Origin: Sminthopsis crassicaudata
Taxonomy: Eukaryota
Assembly: GCF_048593235.1 (NCBI RefSeq)
Contig: NC_133619.1
Span: 637,152,558-637,216,557, forward strand
Reading direction: 5' to 3'
DNA length: 64,000 bases
Part shown: positions 25,548-34,969 of the stretch, piece after piece
Layout: each line of letters begins with the position of its first letter
Numbering within the stretch: position 1 is the first letter of the stretch
Made by a program: the position numbers and the translations under genes
The notes under the pieces: model-generated
The model's database searches: none
Seen by the model: only the letters and a program-made list of their open reading frames with translations
Told to the model about the DNA's origin: nothing

Positions 25548-28500
25548 TCTCCACTGTAAATATTCATGTAGTATATATTTGTGTTCAATCCATGGGAGAC
25601 CCTTCTGACACAACAAGTCACAGTCAGACATACTACTGATTCCAATATAGTGATGATGTCTTGGTCCTCTTCCCCAATGAAGGACAACATTATGTGTCAG
25701 GCACTATGCTGGGTGCCGGGGATTGGTTGTGTTGGTTTTTTAAGCCGTGTCTGACTCTTTGTGGTGCCATTTGGGGTTTTCTAGGCAGAAATATTGGCGT
25801 AATTTGCCATTAAGCTCACTAGCTCTTTTGACAGATGACGAAACTGACAATATGTATAAGATACAAAGGTAATGAGGAGAGATCCTCCTAGTTCGAGGAG
25901 CTAGTGTGAGGTATGTTTTAAAGGGATTCCAAGAGGAGAGAAAGGTGCCCATGGAGGTCATGGAGGGGACTGAGGGGACTGATTGAAGGGAAGGAGATGT
26001 GGTACAATGGAAAATGTGCTGGCTTGGACTCGGAAGTCTTGGATTCGAATCTTACCTTCAGTGCTTCCCCTCCTCTTGATCCTTGGGCCGAACCAGTTAG
26101 CCATGCTTGGAGTCAGTTCTCATTTATAAAAAGAAGTGGTTTCTGAGGTGCATCTTCTTTCAGAGCCCAGTTATTTTCCCTTCTATTCTTTACTCTCACT
26201 ACTACCCCTAAATTCAAACCTCCTACATAAATTGAGAAAGTAAGAAAGGCACCATTCTCGGTTACTCTATTCACCAAGTTTATTTCTTAAATTTAGCTTT
26301 TATGATTTTACATAACTATTAGTGGGGATCTTGATTTCATTGGAGAAGCAGAAACTCATAGGGAAAAAAATGGGACTCTCCTGCATCCCTGGATGCCTAC
26401 AAGGTTACCAGGAGGGAGTGTGCACTCTCTTGATAGAGTTAATCCTCCACCCACTACAGAAGTTCCCCCCCCAAAAAAAAAAAAATACTAGGATGTTGGA
26501 TAGTTTTCAAGAAGAGCAAGTCATGATTTTTCTTATCTTTTTACTCCCTACAAGGCACAAAAATACCAGATTAATCATCCCATCCTGCCCCTTCCCAGGA
26601 ATGATTCCATGAAACAATGGAGGTTTGCAACAAGTGGGAACTGAGTTAAGATTCCTTTGAAAGCTGGCTGTAACTGGTCCCCTCAGATCAACAAATCTTT
26701 ACATGATCTACAGTTTCTACAAAAATTGTATTCCCAAGTGGGCCTCTCTCAGCCAGTTTCCCACCACCCATTTTATCCCATCCCTGCCCCTCTAGCCCCA
26801 AATACTCCTTCCTTCCTCATGCCATGGTCTTGACTTTATGTCCCTCTTTTAACAAGTAGACTGTTCCTCCTCTGGTCCATTTCTCTCTTGTATTCCTGAC
26901 CCATTTCTCCCCCAAGGACCTGAAGTCCTCCCCAGATTCCTGAATAACCTGTGAAAGTCCCTCTGGAAACCAGAGGATGAGAAGTAAAAGACAAGAGGAT
27001 CAACACAGGAGTTCAGAGTGCTGAGCAGCAACACATACCCCCGCCATTTTGGACTCTTGCCCTGGAAATAACCAACAACGTGGGATATGTTGTATGGGCC
27101 AAAGCAGACCAGGAAGTTGAGCATTGTGGCCCCTATCAGTCCCATCACTCTTTTTCTCCTCTTCAGGCCGTTCCCCTTTCTCAGGATCCATATCATTTTA
27201 CCGTAGCAGTAGCTGACAAGAACCAATGGTACTCCAAAGAGGACCACTGCCATCTCTAGTCTGAAAGGCAGCACCACAGCCAGCTGCTCTTCTCTAAAAT
27301 CCAGGTAGCAAGTCCTGTTGGGCCCTTGCTTTTGGATGGTACCCTCCCAAAATTCTGCAATATAGACTAGGCTGCAGTGGGCACTCCCCAGCAGCCAACA
27401 CCCAATACTGACCAAGCCAGCTTGGCCGGTCCTCGACCGGGTCTTGTACCACACAGGGTAGGCGACCCCCAGGAAGCGTTCCACACTCACAGCTGTGAGG
27501 ATGAGGGAGCTGAGGTAGATGGTGGTGAAGAAAACAAAGCCTGATAAGGGGCATAAGAAGGAGGGCAAAGGCCAGTACATGGCACTCGCTGTCTCCACCA
27601 TCCGGAAGGGCAGAAAGACCAGCAGCAGCAGGTCAGAGATGGTCAGGTTGAGCAGAAGGACATCCACAGCCAGAGGCCGACGCCTCAGTTTACCCACAAA
27701 AACAATCAGGGCCAGCAGGTTGAGGGGAAGGCCAGTGAGGAAGGTGAAGAGGTAGACAGAGAAGTAGAGCCAGTGGTTGCCAGGGAAGTAACCCTGAACT
27801 GCACTCTTGTCCATGGTGGTTTCTGAAGGAGAGAAAAGGATTCAGTGTGGAAAGCCTTTGGGGGCTTGGCTGGAATGCTGGACTTGGACTCAAGAAGACC
27901 ACTTAGTAGCTGTACAATTGGGGGAAAGCCACCTGACTCATCTGGGACTCAGTTTCCTCATGTGCAAAATGAAGGGAAAGGATTCCCGCCCATGATCCTC
28001 CAAGGCTATGATCTGTAGCCTCCTAGCCCCTCGTTTCCCTCCCTCCCTTTGCACTCTCTTCACCAGCCTTGTAAACTGAGTCAGTGGAAAACTTCCTAAG
28101 GCATCAGAAGATGCCTTTCTTTTTCTTGGCTTCTTCTTTCCTTCCCCTGAGCCTCAGTCCTCCCAACTGTCCAGACCTGTCCCTCCTCCAGAGGCATTCC
28201 CCTACTCACCTCAGCCCCAGCCTGCTCCTTTCCACCGTCCCAGCGTCCCTCCCTTGGCTAGCACTGGCACAGCAGGCAGGCCACTTGGCTACTTATCTCC
28301 TGAATAAGTGCTGAGGTCACTGTTCAGTGGCCACACAAAAGGTGCTTTCAGCTCTCAAACCAGGGGATGGGAATATGCAAACAGGCAATCAAATTTCAGA
28401 GCACAAGTCTGAGCCCTCTTGCCAAGAGTGAAAAGGCCCGTCCATGGTCTGATGGACTGTATCTCCCAGGGGACATATCTCAGGGTCTTAGGTCACAGAG

Positions 28501-28850
28501 ACTCCCACCTGATTCTTGAAAAGAGCAGAAAATTTCAGACTAATTCCACTCTGCTCTCCAAGCCCGGTTCCCCTTTCCTCTCTGGTGGTAGCTGAGGCAT
28601 CTTGCTCTGCTGATCTTACTTCTCCCCTCTGCTGGCCACAAGGGAGGAGGACACCTGGGCAGTGTAATTTCTCCTACTTTCTCCTCTCTCCTGCCTTCAC
28701 TTATCCTCTCCTGCCTTCTACTTTATACTCTGAGTTAGCCTTTCCAAGTCTTTCCTGAGGGCAGGGGCCTCTGGGCCTGATAGCTAGCTTGAGATATATG
28801 AGAGACTGTCATGTAAAAGATGTAAAACCATGTAAAAAATATTTGTTCCA
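25548..28850. repeat. Tandem segmental duplication, unit A (contains FFAR3-A)
   Basis: Co-linear with 29314-32414, about 98-99% identical by eye, with several indels. Confidence 0.95.
26849..27814 (-). CDS. FFAR3: Free fatty acid receptor 3 (GPR41), copy A, 321 aa
   Basis: Intact ORF: FPGNHWLYFSVYLFTFLTGLPLN, VSVERFL, CYLDFR, RLEMAVV, CFGPYNISH, KWR, VDPLVFYFSS. Kozak accaccATGG. 5'UTR intron 27823-28209 (GTGAGT...CAG). AATAAA at 26279-26284. Confidence 0.97.
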   Translation of the reverse strand: MDKSAVQGYFPGNHWLYFSVYLFTFLTGLPLNLLALIVFVGKLRRRPLAVDVLLLNLTISDLLLLVFLPFRMVETASAMYWPLPSFLCPLSGFVFFTTIYLSSLILTAVSVERFLGVAYPVWYKTRSRTGQAGLVSIGCWLLGSAHCSLVYIAEFWEGTIQKQGPNRTCYLDFREEQLAVVLPFRLEMAVVLFGVPLVLVSYCYGKMIWILRKGNGLKRRKRVMGLIGATMLNFLVCFGPYNISHVVGYFQGKSPKWRGYVLLLSTLNSCVDPLVFYFSSSGFQRDFHRLFRNLGRTSGPWGRNGSGIQERNGPEEEQSTC

Positions 28851-28969
28851 GAGCAGCTAGATGACACAGTGGATAGAACACCAGACCTAAAGTCAGGAGG
28901 ACCTCAGTTCAAATCTGGTCTTGGACACTTAACATTTCCTAGCTGTAAGATCCTGGGCAAGTCACTTAA
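28851..28969 (+). mobile_element. WSINE1-like SINE at the junction between the FFAR3 units
   Basis: gagcagctagatgacacagtggatagaacacc...ggcaagtcacttaa, followed by a gap. Confidence 0.8.
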
Positions 28970-29313
28970 NNNNNNNNNNNNNNNNNNNNNNNNNNNNNNN
29001 NNNNNNNNNNNNNNNNNNNNNNNNNNNNNNNNNNNNNNNNNNNNNNNNNNNNNNNNNNNNNNNNNNNNNNNNNNNNNNNNNNNNNNNNNNNNNNNNNNNN
29101 NNNNNNNNNNNNNNNNNNNNNNNNNNNNNNNNNNNNNNNNNNNNNNNNNNNNNNNNNNNNNNNNNNNNNNNNNNNNNNNNNNNNNNNNNNNNNNNNNNNN
29201 NNNNNNNNNNNNNNNNNNNNNNNNNNNNNNNNNNNNNNNNNNNNNNNNNNNNNNNNNNNNNNNNNNNNNNNNNNNNNNNNNNNNNNNNNNNNNNNNNNNN
29301 NNNNNNNNNNNNN
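28970..29313. other. Assembly gap
   Basis: N run. Confidence 1.
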
Positions 29314-32300
29314 ACATCTCCACTGTAAATATTCATGTAGTATATATTTGTGTTCAATCCATGGGAGACCCTTCTGACGCAACAAGTCACAGTCAGACAT
29401 ACTACTGATTCCAATATAGTGATGATGTCTTGGTCCTCTTCCCCAACGAAGGACAACAACAGTGACCATAATGTGTCAGGCACTATGCTGGGTGCCGGGG
29501 ATTGGTTGTGTTGGTTTTTTAAGCCGTGTCTGACTCTTTGTGGTGCCATTTGGGGTTTTCTAGGCAGAATTATTGGCGTAATTTGCCATTAAGCTCACTA
29601 GCTCTTTTGACAGATGACGAAACTGACAATATGTATAAGATACAAAGGTAATGAGGAGAGATCCTCCTAGTTCGAGGAGCTAGTGTGAAGTATGTTTTAA
29701 AGGGATTCCAAGAGGAGAGAAAGGTGCCCATGGAGGTCATGGAGGGTACTGAGGGGACTGATTGAAGGGAAGGAGATGTGGTACAATGGAAAATGTGCTG
29801 GCTTGGACTCGGAAGTCTTGGATTCGAATCTTACCTTCAGTGCTTCCCCTCCTCTTGATCCTTGGGCCGAACCAGTTAGCCATGCTTGGAGTCAGTTCTC
29901 ATTTATAAAAAGTGGTTTCTGAGGTGCATCTTCTTTCAGAGCCCAGTTATTTTCCCTTCTATTCTTTACTCCCACTACTACCCCTAAATTCAAACCTCCT
30001 ACATAAATTGAGAAAGCAAGAAAGGCACCATTCTTGGTTACTCTATTCACCAAGTTTATTTCTTAAATTTAGCTTTGATAATTTTACATAAATGTTAGTG
30101 GGGATCTTGATTTCATTGGAGAAGCAGAAACTCATAGGGAAAAAAATGGGACTCTTTCCTGCATCCCTGGATGCCTACAGGGTTACCAGGAGGGAGTGTG
30201 CACTCCCTTGATAGAGTTAACCCTCCACCCAAGTCAGTAGGAAACGACAGAAGTTCCCCTCCCCCCCAAAATACTAGGATGTTGGATAGTTTTCAAGCAG
30301 AGCAAGTTATGATTTTTCCTTCTCTTTTTACTCCCTACAAGACACAAAAACACCTGATTAATCATCCCATCCTGCCCCTCTAGCCCCAAATACTCCTTCC
30401 TTCCTCATGCCATGACCTTGACTTTATGTCCCTCTTTTAACAAGTAGAATGTTCCTTCTTTGGCCCATTTCTCCCCCAAGGACCTGAAGTCCTCCCCAGA
30501 TTCCTGAATAACCTGTGAAAGTCCCTCTGGAAACCAGAGGATGAGAAGTAAAAGACAAGAGGATCAACACAGGAGTTCAGAGTGCTGAGCAGCAACACAT
30601 ACCCCCGCCATTTTGGACTCTTGCCCTGGAAATAACCAACGATGTGGGATATGTTGTATGGGCCAAAGCAGACCAGGAAATTGAGCATTGTGGCCCCTAT
30701 CAGTCCCATCACTCTTTTTCTCCTCTTCAGACCGTTCCCCTTTCTCAGGATCCATATCATTTTACCGTAGCAGTAGCTGACAAGAACCAACGGCACTCCA
30801 AAGAGGACCACTGCCGTCTCTAGTCTGAAAGGCAGCACCACAGCCAGCTGCTCTTCTCTAAAATCCAGGTAGCAAGTCCTGTTGGGCCCTTGCTTTTGGA
30901 TGGTACCCTCCCAAAATTCTGCAATATAGATTGTGCTGCAGTGGGCACTCCCCAGCAGCCAACACCCAATACTGACCAAGCCAGCTTGGCCGGTCCTCGA
31001 CCGGGTCTTGTACCACACAGGGTAGGCAACCCCCAGGAAGCGTTCCACACTCACAGCTGTGAGGATGAGGGAGCTGAGGTAGATGGTGGTGAAGAAAACA
31101 AAGCCTGATAAGGGGCATAAGAAGGAGGGCAAAGGCCAGTACATGGCACTCGCTGTCTCCACCATCCGGAAGGGCAGAAAGACCAGCAGCAGCAGGTCAG
31201 AGATGGTCAGGTTGAGCAGAAGGACATCCACAGCCAGAGGCCGACGCCTCAGTTTACCCACAAAAACAATCAGGGCCAGCAGGTTGAGGGGAAGGCCAGT
31301 AAGGAAGGTGAAGAGGTAGACAGAGAAGTAGAGCCAGTGGTTGCCAGGGAAGTAACCCTGAACTGCACTCTTGTCCATGGTGGTTTCTGAAGGAGAGAAA
31401 AGGATTCAGTGTGGAAAGCCTTTGGGGGCTTGGCTAGAATGCTGGACTTGGACTCAAGAAGACCACTTAGTAGCTGTACAATTGGGGGAAAGCCACCTGA
31501 CTCATCTGGGACTCAGTTTCCTCATGTGCAAAATGAAGGGAAAGGATTCCCACCCATGATCCTCCAAGGCTATGATCTGTAGCCTCCTAGCCCCTCGTTT
31601 CCCTCCCTCCCTTTGCACTCTCTTCACCAGCCTTGTAAACTGAGTCAGTGGAAAACTTCCTAAGGCATCAGAAGATGCCTTTCTTTTGCTTGGCTTCTTC
31701 TTTCCTTCCCCTGAGCCTCAGTCCTCCCAACTGATCAGACCTGTCCCTCCTCCAGAGGCACTCCCCTACTCACCTCAGCCCCAGCCTGCTCCTTTCCACC
31801 GTCCCAGCGTCCCTCCCTTGGCTAGCACTGGCACAGCAGGCAGGCCACTTGGCTACTTATCTCCTGAATAAGTGCTGAGGTCACTGTTCAGTGGCCACAC
31901 AAAAGGTGCTTTCAGCTCTCAAACCAGGGGATGGGAATATGCAAACAGGCAATCAAATTTCAGAGCACAAGTCTGAGCCCTCTTGCCAAGAGTGAAAAGG
32001 CCCGTCCATGGTCTGATGGACTGTATCTCCCAGGGGACATGTCTCAGGGTCTTAGGTCACAGAGACTCCCACCTGATTCTTGAAAAGAGCAGAAAATTTC
32101 AGACTAATTCCACTCTGCTCTCCAAGCCCGGTTCCCCTTTCCTCTCTGGTGGTAGCTGAGGCATCTTGCTCTGCTGATCTTACTTCTCCCCTCTGCTGGC
32201 CACAAGGGAGGAGGACACCTGGGCAGTGTAATTTCTCCTACTTTCTCCTCTCTCCTGCCTTCACTTATCCTCTCCTGCCTTCTACTTTATACCCTGAGTT

Positions 32301-32414
32301 AGCCTTTCCAAGTCTTTCCTGAGGGCAGGGGCCTCTGGGCCTGATAGCTAGCTTGAGATACATGAGAGACTGTCATGTAAAAGATGTAAAACATGTAAAA
32401 AAATATTTGTTCCA
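29314..32414. repeat. Tandem segmental duplication, unit B (contains FFAR3-B)
   Basis: Co-linear with 25548-28850. Shared sequence ends at aaatatttgttcca. Confidence 0.95.
30437..31378 (-). CDS. FFAR3: Free fatty acid receptor 3 paralog, copy B, 313 aa
   Basis: Intact ORF. Differs from copy A at four 7TM residues and has an 8-aa shorter C-tail. 5'UTR intron 31387-31773. AATAAA at 30055-30060. Confidence 0.95.
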   Translation of the reverse strand: MDKSAVQGYFPGNHWLYFSVYLFTFLTGLPLNLLALIVFVGKLRRRPLAVDVLLLNLTISDLLLLVFLPFRMVETASAMYWPLPSFLCPLSGFVFFTTIYLSSLILTAVSVERFLGVAYPVWYKTRSRTGQAGLVSIGCWLLGSAHCSTIYIAEFWEGTIQKQGPNRTCYLDFREEQLAVVLPFRLETAVVLFGVPLVLVSYCYGKMIWILRKGNGLKRRKRVMGLIGATMLNFLVCFGPYNISHIVGYFQGKSPKWRGYVLLLSTLNSCVDPLVFYFSSSGFQRDFHRLFRNLGRTSGPWGRNGPKKEHSTC

Positions 32415-33283
32415 ATAAATAAAGTTAAATAAAGTTAAAAGTGCTCAGCAGAGAACAAAAGGATAACCTACAAGGAAGCAAAGAACAGATGGACACACAT
32501 GAATATTATTCCTTCTATTTTTATATATTCTTTCTTGAAATGGAAATTTATTGTTCTATCTTTTAAATCCTCCCTGATGATCTATTGGGCACATAACAAT
32601 TTGTTGTTTTTTTTTTCCTTTTTTGTCTTTATTTTTTCTGTTCTGTTCTTTCTTATTTTCTATTTAGTTCAATAAAAATAAATAAGTAAAAACTACTTGT
32701 TCATTAAAAAAAAATACTTGCTCCCCTTACCTCCACCTGGCATCTCCAGGAGCGAGGGATGGGGAATGAAAAGAGGCAGATTTTAAAAGGAGAGGAAAAC
32801 CTGCTGGCATTTAGAACTGTGTGAGCCCAGAGGGGGCGCCAGAGAAGGAAAGGAGTCCCCCTGTCCCAGGTCTAGGGACTGCCCGATGGCATACTGGGAG
32901 TGTCAGAGCAGAGGCTCCTATCTTAGTTCAGGAGCTGCCCCTTCTCAGCCCCACCCCACCAAAGGGTTTCTGGCCACATCTGGGATTGGTGAGAAAAGAT
33001 TGTAGGGTCACAGTTAGAGGTCCCCAGAGGGGATGTTACCTCTTTCCATGTCAGGTTTCACTCCTACTCGCTGGGCTCTGCCTCTCCATGAGTTCTTCAT
33101 GATTTGAAAGGAGGCTGAAGCTCAGACTCCCATTGAACAGACAGAAAATGGCCAGCCAGTGAGTCCCCTTGAGGTGGTGCAGTGGTTCCTTCTGGCCTGG
33201 TGCTTCAGGACCCAGAGGCCCCCTCTCACCTTGAGGAGATGCCCAGGACCCTCGGGTCCCATTCCCCATCAGCACAGAGGCCA

Positions 33284-34183
33284 CTATTTTTGGGCTGTCC
33301 CACCTGGAGTCCCTATGGTACCGTGCCTCTGGCCAGCCCTGTTGCCTAAGCACCCCGACACCAGGGGATTGAGTACGGTGCTCCAGGATCCCATGATCAA
33401 GCCAAGCTTCCTCCAGTGGCTGCCGGCATCTGGCTTCACGAAGCCCACCACATGGGAAGCATTGTAGGGCCCCAGACAGAGCAGCAACGTGAGCAGGGCC
33501 CCTCCAGCCACGCGGGCAGCTCTGAGCTTGCGGCTTCGGCTTAGGCCCGAGCGGGCCAGGGCCCGGAGGCAGCCCACATAGCAGAAGGCAGTGATGGCCA
33601 AGGGAAAGAAGAAGAGCAGAAGGGAAACGCTGAGGCGGGCTGGACCAGCCCATATCGGGTCCCAGGCTTCCAGACAGATGGGAGAGCCGTTGATAGGAAT
33701 GGTCAATCCCAGGGACGTTGTGCTGTTGTCCACCCGGCCTCCCTGAGTTTCCAGGCCAAGCACCAGCCCCAAGTGCAAAAGAACCAGCCCCCAGATGCCC
33801 ACACACACCCCCCAGGAATAGCAGGGCCTCCGTGCGGCTTGGTATCCCAACGGGAAGGCTGCCCCCAGGTAGCGGCCAGCACTGAGGGCGGCCAAAAAAA
33901 CACCCCCAGAATAAAGGGGGACAAAGTGTATCAAGGCAAAGGCTGGGCAAAGTAAAGCCGGGAGAAGCCAGGCTCCCCCTGCTAGAGCCTCGGCAGCCTT
34001 CAGGGGCAGGGAGGCGGTCAGCAGCAGGTCCGAACAGGCCAGGTGGAGGGTGTAGACAAGGCTTGGGGTAAGGCGGAGCCGGGCGTGGGACACAACCTCG
34101 ATGAGGAGGATGACATTGAGGGGAAGGCCCAGCGTGAAGGCAGCAGCGTAGAGGGCAAAGGACAGCTGCGCTGGGATGTCCAT
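33284..34183 (-). CDS. FFAR1: Free fatty acid receptor 1 (GPR40), 299 aa
   Basis: [23 protein letters not shown] start, [39 protein letters not shown]. The ORF track start at 34219 is GTG; the real ATG is at 34181-34183. Confidence 0.97.
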   Translation of the reverse strand: MDIPAQLSFALYAAAFTLGLPLNVILLIEVVSHARLRLTPSLVYTLHLACSDLLLTASLPLKAAEALAGGAWLLPALLCPAFALIHFVPLYSGGVFLAALSAGRYLGAAFPLGYQAARRPCYSWGVCVGIWGLVLLHLGLVLGLETQGGRVDNSTTSLGLTIPINGSPICLEAWDPIWAGPARLSVSLLLFFFPLAITAFCYVGCLRALARSGLSRSRKLRAARVAGGALLTLLLCLGPYNASHVVGFVKPDAGSHWRKLGLIMGSWSTVLNPLVSGCLGNRAGQRHGTIGTPGGTAQK

Positions 34184-34258
34184 GGTGTGGAGAGGCCGGA
34201 AAGCTGCTCTCACCTCCACTGAGGAAGCCTTCGGGCTCTCTGGGCCCTAGCTTCTGGT

Positions 34259-34969
34259 CTTTGGAATAAAGAAAGAGAAAAAAAGGTTACATCCATTCTT
34301 CAGAGCTGAGAAAAACTTAGGGAGGAAAAATAAAACAGATGGACTGGGTAAAAAGAGAGAGAGAGCCATGTTTTAAGGCAAAATGGACTCCTAGAATTCC
34401 AAGCCAAAGGACCAGATGCAATCATTTCTTCCTGGTCTCAGCTAAGCAGGGCTCCCCCTTGGTGGCCAGACACATGCACTGTGGATCCTCTGCCCTCTCC
34501 CAAGTCAGCCTCTTGGCAGCGGGGCAGCTGGTACCCAGAGAGGTGCGGCTGCTAGCACTCACCTGGAACCTTGGGGAAGAAGGTACCAGGAGTGGGATGT
34601 CTTGCCCAGTTGATTCCCCGGAGGACATCTGGGAAAGAGAAGGAGGGGGATTCTGGGAACAGAGGCAAAGTGGTAGGGATGTATGTGTATATGGAAAAGA
34701 GAGAGAGGTGACCAGGAACAACCAGGGTGGAACACAGGTGGGAGGAAGCTAGGGACTGAGCAGAGATAAGAATAACCCCTGGGGATGTCCTGAGGAATAG
34801 CAGACAGAGATTGGGGACATGGAGGGTGAGGGAAAGGCCGAGGAGGGGGGAGGCCCGGAGGGTGAGGGGCTGCAGGGCACAAGGGCACTGGGGGGGGGGG
34901 AAGTCGGAGCTCCCACTGGGGAACGTTAAGTTTGGGGCTGTCCAAGGGGAGCAGAAAGGAAGCACTCAC
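34259..34969 (-). other. FFAR1: Predicted FFAR1 5'UTR intron (711 bp)
   Basis: Donor AAG|GTGAGT at 34969 and polypyrimidine-AAG acceptor at 34259. A second strong donor CAG|GTGAGT lies at 34562. Confidence 0.55.

Noticed and set aside
27519-32322. Pairs of near-identical short ORFs around both FFAR3 copies
   Set aside because: They recur only because the DNA is duplicated, so this is not evidence of coding conservation.
33051-33950. 299-codon same-strand alternative-frame ORF over FFAR1
   Set aside because: It starts at TTG, is GC-rich and Gly/Pro/Leu-biased, and has no recognisable homology. Long shadow frames are expected in GC-rich GPCR exons.
34184-34219. N-terminal extension of FFAR1 in the ORF track
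   Set aside because: It begins at GTG. The conserved MDIP start has an ATG in good context.
34820-34910. G-run cluster (possible G-quadruplex) in the FFAR1 intron
   Set aside because: Common in GC-rich promoter-proximal DNA; nothing specific supports a function.
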